The position numbers were made by a program, and so were the translations under genes. 64,000 nucleotides of DNA from Azolla caroliniana (lineage: Eukaryota; Plantae; Polypodiophyta), in contig JBHGNT010000010.1 of the NCBI GenBank assembly GCA_043228905.1, positions 11,594,001 to 11,658,000 on the forward strand. The letters are read 5' to 3'. The notes below the pieces were generated by a model, which searched no databases, had not been told where the DNA came from, and saw only the letters and a program-made list of their open reading frames with translations. Positions 53,701 to 64,000 of this stretch are shown here, piece by piece. Numbering within the stretch: the first letter of the stretch is position 1; every line of letters begins with the position of its first letter.

Positions 53701-56416
53701 GGGTCTTTGGATCCAACTTTCCTCTCCGGTCCTTAGCAACATGCACGTACACGAGACACCCGAACACCTTTAGATGCCGGTAGGACACTTCCTTACCGGT
53801 CCACATCATCTGCGGTGTGTCTCTATCCAAGGGCACTGAGGGTGATTTGTTTATCACATACGTCGCTGTCGACAGCGCCTCAGCCCAAAACGTCTTGGGT
53901 AATTTTGCATGCGCCAGCATACTCTGGACCCTCTCCATTATGGTCCGGTTCATCCTCTTGGCCAGCCCGTTTAGTTCCGACGTCTTCGGCATGGTAAATT
54001 CGAGCCAGATTCCCTTCGAGCGATAGTACTCCTCAAACTGCCCCCGGTATTCACCTCCGTTATCTGCTCGAACCGCCTTCAGCTTCCGGCCGGTTTCTCT
54101 TTCCACTCTCGCGTGGAGCTCTTTGAAGACGGATAACACCTGATCCTTCGTCTTCAACGGTGTGGCCCACAGCTTCCGCTGTGGTCATCTATGAACGTCA
54201 CGAAGTACTGCGATCCACTTGACATACATCAGTATGCACCAACTCCAGTGGTGCATTACGTCTCATCGGTGGTCTCGATCGGAAGGAGGTCCGGTTTTGT
54301 TTACCAGCCAGACAATCAGTGCACTTCTCCAAGTGCACGTTCTTCACTAGAATGAGGTTGTCTTCTGCAAGCCTCTTCATCCCCTCCTCGCTCATGTGAC
54401 ACAATCTCTTGTGCCAAAGCTCACTGACAGTGTCAGATGCCACGTTCACTTCTTCCGGGCATAACCGGGCATTCATCAGGTACAACGTGTTGACCTTCAG
54501 GGCCTGAGCCACAATCAGGCTCCCTTTCCTGAACTTCATAACACCGTTCCGGATGCTACCCATGTAGCCTTCATCATCTAGCCGACCGACTGATATCAGG
54601 TTCAGACGAACCTCCGGAATGTGTCGGACATCCTTCAGCAGCAGCTTGCATCCGGTTGGTGTTGTCAACCACACGTCTCCTATGCCGACAATTTGGCATG
54701 TACCTTCATTCCCCATCCGGACACAGCCGTGATCAACGGCTGAGTAGGATGAGAAGCATTTCCAGTCCGGGGTAAGGTGGAACGACGCTCCGGAGTTGAC
54801 CACCCAGGTCATCTCGTCGCCGGCAAGGTTTAGCTTACTCTCCTCGGTGATGAGCATCAACTCTTCTTCGCTTGCCGCGATTGCCGTCGTTCCCTTCCGG
54901 TCCGGCCCCCTCTGGTCTTTACCGTTCCGGTCCGGTGTCCGCTTCGAATCGGTATTGTCGGTTTCCTTGTCTTTTCGGAAGTGCCGACAGTTCTTTTGGA
55001 AGTGTCCCGGCTTGCCGCAATAGACGCAAGTAGGCCTCCCCCTTGACTTTGACCGTGTCCCCGACTTTTCCCTGTTCTGGGGGCTACGGTTCCTTTGTCT
55101 TCCGCGTTCCGATTCGGTAAGGAGCGCTTTGGACTAGGAGCTCGTATCTTTATCTTTCCGACGCGCCTCCTCATCTAGCAAGCTTGACTTCACTCTTGCT
55201 AGGGATAACCGTTTCCCTTCCGGCCCGGCGTTGCCCAAAGTGACAACCAACGTCTCCTAGCTATCTGGGAGGGAACCGAGCAGGACTAACGGTAGTACCT
55301 CATCGGCGAGAGGTACTTCCAATGATGTTGCCTAGTGGATCAGCCCCTGGAAGGCATTCATGTGCTCTGCCATGCTGGAACCATCTTGGTACCGGAGTCT
55401 TACTAGCTTCCGAAATACTCAAACATGATTAACAACATTTTTGTTTTGAAACATAATGCCGATCTTCTCCCAGAGCTCATGACCCTTGCTCTCTTCATTG
55501 AAGTTGTTGTATAGAGTCATGTCGATGAAGCACCGTATGTAAGCCGTTGTCTTCATGTGCATCACCTCCCATATCGCGACGTCGATTTTGTTTGGTCTCT
55601 TGTCCTCGAACTGAACCGGCAGCCAAAGGTCTTTAACCACGAGCATGTCCCTCATCTTCGACTTCCACACCGAATAGTTGGAACCGGTGAGATTGAACAT
55701 ACCTCCCAACGAATCGTCCATTTTTTGTGTCGTTTCAGTCTGATACCACTTTGACAGGAATACACGCTCCTGATGAACAACGCTCGGCCACAACCGAGCC
55801 TAGAATCAAACATAGTAAACGGGTAATGAACGCACGACACAGTGAAGAGAAGAGTACATAGGATGTTAACGTGGAAAACCCAAACCAGGGAAAAAAACCA
55901 CGACAGCCCACAGACTGCAAACTATCACTATATCAGAATGTACAATAGTGAAGCACCGAGGCAACGACCTCGAGCTTGCTATCTTCGCCACAGGCGGCGG
56001 TTACAACAAAGGCAACGACCTCTTCCTCTCTCTCTCTCTCTCTGTACACAGTTACACGCTCTAATCTTGCACCAACAAGAATAACGACCTCAAACTAAAG
56101 TTTTCCCTAAGTCATATTTATACAAAAAATGACTTTTTGGTTATTTATAAATATAGCCCCGATGGACTCTCAGAAACATATTTATGAATATGTACCTTCA
56201 TCCACTGAGCACTCCTCACCTGGCCTGCATCATCCGGCGCTTGCCGGGCACACGTCATCCGGTTCTCACCGTGTCTTCCGTTGTCGGGTACTCGTCATCC
56301 GATTCTCACCGGGTCTTCCGTAGCCGGGTACTCCTTTTCCGGTTTCGGCCTCGGCCGAGTTTGCTCATCAATATTGTTCTTCTCACTTCCCATCCGGAGG
56401 GACCTGTTTCCTAACA
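50458..56416 (-). mobile_element. Unrelated Tnt1/Tork-like copia (family D) nested in B1
   Basis: LTRs at 55752-56416 and 50458-51196; TSD CACCG at 50453-50457 and 56417-56421; PBS rc 55739-55748; gag from 55721; RT/RH ORF 51207-52619 with Tnt1-like GFQQKKGVDFDKIFAPVVKMTSIR. Confidence 0.93.
53101..53608. mobile_element. Solo LTR (family E) inside the integrase of D
   Basis: TGTTG...TAACA termini; TSD AATAT at 53096-53100 and 53609-53613; integrase frame SRDI|IF resumes on either side. Confidence 0.88.
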
Positions 56417-58127
56417 CACCGCGACAACAAGGGAGCTGTGAAGGGCCGTGGGAGTAGACAAGCCGACTGGAAGGGTCGAAGCGTGCGGAATCAAACAGGC
56501 CTCAAGTTGAGCTTGAGGGGGAGTGTTGAGAGACAAGATTAACATTTGTGCGTAATACGATGCGTAACCAGTGCGTAGACTGGGTGCGTAAAATCGGTAC
56601 GCATAACATGGTCGAGGCCGTTTGAAAGATATTCCTCGTAAGGAATAGTTTTGGGAGTAAGTGTCGAGGCTCATTTATGAGCAGTTAAGTACTGTCAGCA
56701 CTTGTGTCAGCCCATTGTCAGGGCTTGTATAAAAGGTTCTCACTAAGCACGATGTATGTACAGAGTTAGTATTTTTGAATTGAGTTCTCTGTGTTCTCTC
56801 TCTGTCTCTCCCGCATACTATGTATACTCAAGCTGTCCATTAAACCTGCGTATTTTCTCTGTGTTCGTTTTTCTATTGCTTCCACACATAATCTTTCATA
56901 GTCATGTATGCATAGTGATGCGCCATGTACTCATTGTATCTATACCTCTTTACGGGGTTCCTCTGGTGGGTTGATTGGTGTAACTTCTCGTTAGCCAGTT
57001 TAAGGACCTTCTTGGCCGGTTCAGACTTCGTTCCTGAAGGTTCATCTTCGTTCTTCCCAGAGCCAGAGTCGCTCCGATCTGAGTCATTGTTGCCGGTGTT
57101 GTATTCCGGCATCTATTTCTTCGATGAAGCACCCGAGGTGCGTGAACTGCACCTGCATCCCCTGGTCAACGATTTGCCTGACCGACACTAGGTTCTTTGT
57201 GATTGGTTGGATGTGCAACACATTCATGAGCTTCCCTCTCTGTTCGACATGATTGAGGGGAACTTGACCAACATGCTTGATCGGGTGAGGAGTGTCGTCT
57301 CCGGTCTCGACAACTCCCGGTTGTTCCGGTTTTTCCAGGAACGAGAATCACTTTTCGTGGCTCGTCATATGATTGGAAGCTCCGGAATCAACATACCACA
57401 CTTCCTCTGATCCGGAAGTGGTCTTCTTCATCGAGTTCGCCTCGTGCTTCATCACGAAGGCTGGTCCTTTACATGTCTTCTTGGTTCCGGATCCTTCCGA
57501 TCCTTCTGATTAGTGCGAGCTTTGCCGGTTTCCTTGTCTGGCCTTGCCGGATCCGGATTTATTTGAATCAGTGCACTTCTTCTAGCACTTGCTCTCTTTG
57601 TGGCCTTTCTTGCCATCTCATCTTCGTCCACCGTCACGTTGATGGACCCGAGCGAGTTGCAAATCTCCTTTATTTTGGTGTAGTCGGTCACGAACATATC
57701 CCTCTGTTGGATATTGTTGAACTCTTGTCGGAGCTGGAACTTCTGTGCCGTGGTACTAGTGGCAAAAAACTTTCGGAGATTTTCCGAGGCCTCCTTCGAC
57801 GGTTTTGCTTCTTTGATGTAGCCGAGCATCTAGTCGTGCCCACAAGACGCGAGGCAGTAAAGCACTCTACTCGCTCCTTGTTCCCATGCCGGGAAGTCCT
57901 TGTGTGCCGGCTCCGACGCTATCTCATTTATTCTTTCCACCTAGCTCCAATAACCATGCCTCAGTAGGTACTGGTGTATTTTGTACAACCAAGACGCATA
58001 GTTGCTCCGGTCAAGCTTTTCTGTCGGAAGCAATCTCGCCATGCTTCTGTCCATACCTTTCTCTGTCTGTTCTTTACCGGGTGTTAGGGTTTGTCATAGG
58101 AAAATGCTTGTCGGCTGCAGAGGTTCT

Positions 58128-61100
58128 TGAAAAGAGTGTCGTGTGGAAGCAATATAGGAGACAGAACAACAGAAGGCGCAGGTTTAATGGAAAGCTTGGG
58201 TTTGCATAGTACGCACAAGACAAACAGAGAGCGAGAGAGTAAGCACAGGAACTTAATTCAAAAATAATACTCAATCTGTACATAGAATGTGCTCAGTGAG
58301 CACTTTTATACAAGCCCTGACAATCGGGCTGACTCAAGTACTAATAGTACTTGACTGCTCATAAATGAGCCTCGACACTTACTCCCAAAACTATTCCTTA
58401 CGAGGAATATCTTTCTAACAGCCTCGCGGTTTACGCACCGCTACGACCATGTTATGCGTACAAAGTTTACGCACCCAGTCTACGCACTAGTTACGCATCG
58501 TATTACACACAAATGTTAAGCTTGTCTCTCAACACTCCCCCTCAAGCTCAACTTGAGGTTCCGCCTGCTCCGACGGATCTACGCTCCAGCTTCTCCTGGC
58601 TCCATGCCTCGCTCGCGCTCCTCGGCCTGTTCGACTCCGCGCGCTTCGACCCTTCCGGTCGGCTTGTCTGTTCCCACGGCTCTTCATAGCTCCCTTGCTG
58701 TCGCGGTGTTGGCGCTTCTCCTACTGCCTTCTTTTCCGCTTGGCCCTCGGTTGATTCAGTGTATCTGAATCAAACATCTGAACCGACTCGGCTACCTCCG
58801 ATCGGTTTTCGCTCTCGTTCGAGTTGGCGGTCTCCAACTCGTCTTCGGTCTTCTTGCCCTTGACGGTGTCATCTCCCCCATGCGTGGTTGGCTTCGACTC
58901 TTTCTTTCGGCTGCTCCCCTTATGTCCGCTTTGGGACTCTTCCGCGGATCCGCCCTCGGCTTCTTCAGCCGATCTAAAGTCGAATTCGTCATCCGACTCG
59001 GCACTACGGTCTTTTCCGCTCCTTTCTTGCTCCCTTCCGTGATCATCTGGGACGTCTCTCCCCCTCAAGTTCGGCATGTCGAGATGACGAAACCCAAGCG
59101 CACCCGAGAATTGTTGCAACTTGTCCAGACCAAGAGGCTTGGTGAAGATGTCGGCGGTCTGCCGATCCGTCAGAACATACTGAAGTTTGACTTCACCAGA
59201 AAGGACACGCTCACGGACAAAATGGTAGTGCACCTCAATGTGCTTGGTCCGTGCATGGAAGACTGGGTTCTTTGCGAGCTGGATGCTGCTGAGGTTGTCG
59301 CAGTAGATCATCATCAGAACAAACACCTCCACCTGCAGATCCTTAAGTAGCTGCTTCAACCATATGGCTTTGCATGTCGCTACAACCGTTCCTGTATACT
59401 CGGCTTCGGTGCTCGATAGTGCAACTGTCGGCTACTTCTTGCTACTCCACGCTATCGCGGCAGTCCCACGAGAGAACGCGTATCTAGACGTGGATCGACG
59501 ATCGGCGGCGTTGCCAGCCCAATCAACATCGGTGTAGCCGACCAATTGCGGGGCTAGACCAGTCCGAAATAGCAGTCCCCAGTGCTTAGTGCCGCTTACG
59601 TACCGTAGTACGCGTTGCGCACACTGAAGGTGCTCCTCGGTAGGTCGCGCCATAAACTGACTGATCACCTCGACCAGATAACTGAGATCGGGTCGGGTGA
59701 TTGTCAAGTAAATAAGGCTTCTGACAATTTGTCAGAACCTCGTCGGGTCACAAACCTTTCCGGAATTGGGACGAAGCTTGACGTTTCTATCGAGAGGAGT
59801 CGAGACGGACTTACAGTCGGCCATCCTGAATTTGAAGTGCATATTCAACGCGTAATGGCATTGGCTGATCAATATGCCTTCGGGGGTATGGATCACTTCG
59901 ATCCCGAGGAAGTAATGAAGATCCCCTAAGTCCTTTATGTCAAACGATGCCGCAAGCTGGAGCTTCACGCGGTCAATTTCACCTAGGTCGGTGCCGGTGA
60001 TGACCAAGTCATCAACATATAGTAAAATACTGACTGGACCGAGTCGACCTTTCCGGATGAACAGGGAAGAGTCCGATTTCGACGTTGCAAAGCCCATCCG
60101 ACGCAGTTGCTGCGTGATCTTCGCGTTCCAGGCACATGGGGCTTGCTTCAGTCCGTAAAGGGACTTCTTCAATCGGCACACCGCCGAAGTGTTCGTTCTG
60201 GAGTGAAATCCGGGGGGTTGTACCATGTACACTTGTTCCTCAAGCTCACCTTCTAGGAACACATTCTTTACATTCATCTGATGTAAGTGCCACCCCTTGG
60301 CCGCCGCTACCGCGAGCAAAACACAGACGGTCGTCATCTTCGCAACCGGCACAAACGTCTCATCGTAGTTGATGTCGTGTTTCTGCGCGTAGCCTTTCAC
60401 TACTAACCGGGCCTTGTATCGGTTGACCGAGCCGTCGGTGTTGTACTTGACCTTGTACACCCACCCACATCTGATCAGCTTCACACCCTTTGGTGCATCA
60501 ACCAGGTCCCAGGTCTCGTTTTCCGCCAATGCGTGCATCTTTGCCTCCATCGCAGCGTGCCAATTCGCGTCCTTAGCCGCCTCTGCATAGCTCTCCGGCT
60601 CACGCACTTCCGCTACACGGGTCATGTACGCATAATGATGCGCCATGTACTCGTTGTATCTGAACCACACAACTGGGTTCTTTTGGTCGGTAGATCGGCG
60701 TAATCGGTCATTACCCTATATGGAGGTCTTCTCGGCTGACGCGGACTTCGCTCTTGAAGACTCGTCGCCGCTTCCCTCGGAGTCGAACTCGCGTCGGCCT
60801 GATTCGTTCCTATCCATGCTGGAATCCGACACCTTCTTCTTCCCTTTCTCTTTGCACGTAAGCCGTCTCCTCGGCTTCCAGCGCGGGTAATGCATGGATT
60901 CCTGCGCGGGTTATAACACTTATAACCCTTCTGCTCGTCCGAGTAACCGACCAAGATACATTGTGGTGCCACCGTCAGTAGAGTTGAGGATGAACATCCT
61001 CCCATCTCTGCGCCCTTGCGCAATAATATGGCCTTCTTCCTCAATGAAGCACCCGAGGTGTGTAAACCGAACCTGCATCCCTTGGTCGACGATCTGCCCG

Positions 61101-62500
61101 ACCGACACCAGATTCTTCGTGATGGTCGGGACATGTAACACGTTCATATGTTTCCCTTTTTTCCCGACATAGCTCAAGGGAACTTCACCGACATTCGCGA
61201 TCGGATGCAGAGTGTCGTCTCCGGTTGCGACTACTCCTGGTTGCGTCGGTTTCTCAAGGTATGAGAACCACTCCTCATGGCACGTCATGTGGTTTTACGC
61301 GCCGGAGTCGACGTACCACACCTCTTCCGAGTTTAGGGTGATCTTCTTCATTGAGTTTGCTTCGTGTCTCGTCACGAAGAGTGACCCTTTTCCGCCTTTT
61401 CCGGATCCTTCGGCGTAGTGCGATCGCTACCAGTTTCCTTTGTTGGTATGTCCGGAACCAGATCCAGAACCGGTCCCCTCCAACTCGACACACTTTTTCC
61501 AACACTCGCTCTCCCTGTGGCCTTTCTTACCACAATACCAGCATTCCGCGGCGGATTTCCCTTGCCGGTTCTCGTCGCCTCGACTCCCCCTGTTTCCGGA
61601 GGGTCCGGAATTGCAATCGACACCACTTCGGTGCCTTCTTCCTTAATCCCGTCAGACGCCTCCATTGCGTACCGACTCGCCTCATCCGCCACAACCACGG
61701 GGCCGCTCTCCCTCTGTGTACAACATCTTGTTGTTGGCATGCGTGCTTGTCGGCGCACCCGCGTGGTTCTCCTCTATAAGGAGCATCGACTGTAAGTCGA
61801 AAAACGACGGCGTATTCTCCCAGGTACACACAACAGTTCAGAATGCTCCGAATGTTGACACCAAACCCCCGAGACAGACCTGGACCATCTCTATTTCCTC
61901 GATGTTCACATCGATGGAGCCTAAGGAGTCGTAGATGTCCTTGATCTTCGAGGTATAGTTAGCCGCCGACAAATCGCGTTGTCGTAGGTTGCTCAACTCC
62001 TGTCGGAGCTGAAGCTTCCTGGCTGTGGTGCTCGCGGCGAAGATCTTCTTCATATTTTCCCACGCACCCTTTGGCGTTTTTGCATCCCGAATGTAGCTTA
62101 ATAGCTGTTCGCCCACACAAGACGCGAAACAGTACAACACTCTGCTTGCCGATTATTCCCACGCTGGGAAGTCTTTGTGTGTCGAATCGGGTGCTGTGTC
62201 ATTTGCTCCATCGACATAGCTCTAGTAACCGTGTCTGAGCAGGTACTGGTGCATCTTGTAAGACCAAGATGTGTAGTTGTTTCTGTCGAGCTTCTCCGTC
62301 GGAAGCGAGCTAGCCATGCCTCTGTCCATCGGTTTTGTTGTTCTTCTTCGTTGGTTTTCCCTTCAAGTAAAGTCGGCTGCAGAGGTTCTCAACCCTCACG
62401 CTCTGATACCATGAAAAGAGTGTCATGTGGAAGCAATATAGGAGACAAAACAACAGAAGACGCAAGTTTAATGGAAAGCTTGGGTTTGCATAGTACGCAC

Positions 62501-62549
<49 letters not shown>

Positions 62550-62842
62550 AGCACAAGAACTTAATTCAAAAATAATACTCAATCTGTACATAGGATGTGC
62601 TCAGTGAGCACTTTTATACAAGCCCTGACAATCGGGCTGACACAAGTACTGACAGTACTTGATTGCTCATAAATGAGCCTCGACACTTACTCCCAAAACT
62701 ATTCCTTACGAGGAATATCTTTCAAAAGGCCTCGCGGTTTATGCACCGCTACGACCATGTTATGCGTACCGAGTTTACGCACCCAATTTACGCACTAGTT
62801 ACGCATCGTATTACGCACAAATGTTGAGCTTGTCTCTCAACA
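58128..62842 (-). mobile_element. Copia subfamily B element (B2) nested in the leader of C, integrase deleted
   Basis: LTRs at 62412-62842 and 58128-58534; TSD GTTCT at 58123-58127 and 62843-62847; PBS rc 62400-62411; PPT rc 58535-58543; RT ORF 59732-60670. Confidence 0.93.
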
Positions 62843-64000
62843 GTTCTCAACCCTCGTGCTCTGATACCATGTAAAGAATACGCTTGCGGAAGCTAAAACA
62901 AACCAACATTATCGGATAGCAATAGAACGCAGACGCAAGTTTAATGGAATCTTGAGATTACACAGTATACAAGGGAGAGACAGAGAGAGCAGAACATAAA
63001 CTGTATTCAAAATAATAGCACTTTGTACATAGAATGTGCTCAGAGAGCACTTTTATACATGTTCATTTAAGGACTAACAGAAGTACTGACAAGGTACTTC
63101 AATGCTCATACGAGCGATTGGCATTGACTCCCAAAAATATGCATACGTATTAGGCTAGATTCGTAGGCCTCCAACGGCCTACCAGTTACAATCTGATCCG
63201 GCTTCTGGTTCCGGATACCATCCTAACACCGATCCGGATACCGATTCGGCTCTGGCTTATTCAGCCGATCCAGATCTGGTTGAGCTTACTCTCTCAACAT
63301 GTCGTATGCGTAAGAGGTCAATTTCTGAATTGTGTATTACGTTCACCCTTGTCTTGCATGTTTCGTGTGCGTAGAGGCTATATGCCTCGATTACGTATCT
63401 TGATTACATCATTCGTTGGCTATGTTATGTTACAATTTTTTTAATATATGCATACATAATCTATCATTTGTATACATATTTAATCGTATACATGTGATAA
63501 CCATGAATATGTGTATATTAGTGTTTATTACGTGATTTTGGAATATCAAATGTTGTCCTTTTTGGGTAAAGGATCTTGGTCTCCATCCTCACATTTTTTG
63601 TGAGAAAGGCGTAGTCACCATCCTTTAAACTTTTTTTTTTTGGTTATTCCCCTTGGTCACCTCAATTTCGCTACATGTTAGAATGAAACGAGCATAACCA
63701 CAATGATGTTGTGAGCATAAGGGCTTGATCCACTTCATGTGAGGTCACCTGTATGACACATGCATCCAACATTGCTCACCCGTTACATGGTTACGATGTC
63801 ACCATGAGATCATCATTACGGAAGGCATTTGTAAGGATGTAACCATGTGATGGGCAATGTGGGCCTACTACAAGAAGAGGGCTCTTGTGGCTTGACAATT
63901 ACATTGCACTTTGGGGTATGTCATCGTAATGATGAGACTTGAGGTTGGGTAACGTACCGATATAGTTTTCTTGTTAACGAAGGGGGAATAAGGTTTCTAG

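Larger units (their letters stand above)
45350..56900 (+). mobile_element. Copia subfamily B element (B1) nested in C
   Basis: LTRs at 45350-45732 and 56524-56900 (terminal CA mutated to TA); TSD GTCAT at 45345-45349 and 56901-56905; PBS 45733-45744; ORF 45816-47888 (gag-PR-IN), then disrupted RT/RH; PPT 56515-56523. Confidence 0.93.
42830..63299 (-). mobile_element. Copia subfamily C element, heavily deleted, host of B1 and B2
   Basis: LTRs at 62870-63299 and 42830-43271; TSD TGTCG at 42825-42829 and 63300-63304; PBS rc 62858-62869; gag/PR pieces 56901-58127; RT/RH 43880-45349; PPT rc 43272-43280. Confidence 0.9.
41731..64000 (+). mobile_element. Old host LTR element (outermost layer of the nest); putative LTR 41731-42162, degenerate PBS 42165-42176, internal region resumes at 63300
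   Basis: TGTTAC start; TGGTATCCAAGC PBS-like motif; a 56-61-bp repeat array continues across the nested block; no coding domain or second LTR found in the window. Confidence 0.5.

Noticed and set aside
60900-60965. Integrase loss by splicing of a subgenomic RNA
   Set aside because: Deleted segments do not have GT..AG ends; junctions show microhomology
63978-63990. PPT-like AAGGGGGAA of the host element
   Set aside because: Not followed by a match to the putative LTR start at 41731 before the window ends

Overview
Eukaryotic land-plant nuclear DNA (probably a non-seed plant, inferred from the RTEX-type LINE; not provable here). Three intron-containing host genes occupy 11-37 kb: an FLK/PEPPER-like triple-KH RNA-binding protein (+), a DUF4091/GH123-like protein (+) with a U12-type minor intron and an antisense copia in intron 10, and an RLCK-V-like single-pass kinase (-). 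The left flank holds a copia fragment and a decayed RTEX-like LINE split by a young full-length Ty1/copia (3999-9678). The right flank (41.7-64 kb) is a five-level nest of LTR retrotransposons; each of the five inserted elements has a readable 5-bp TSD. The most unusual signal is one copia family, present in four copies with three different U3 enhancer regions. It carries two identical PPT motifs about 535 bp apart, bracketing an in-frame ~180-aa acidic/basic tail fused to RNase H, plus conserved mutually exclusive hairpins over the PPT/LTR junction. All boundaries and counts were read by eye.
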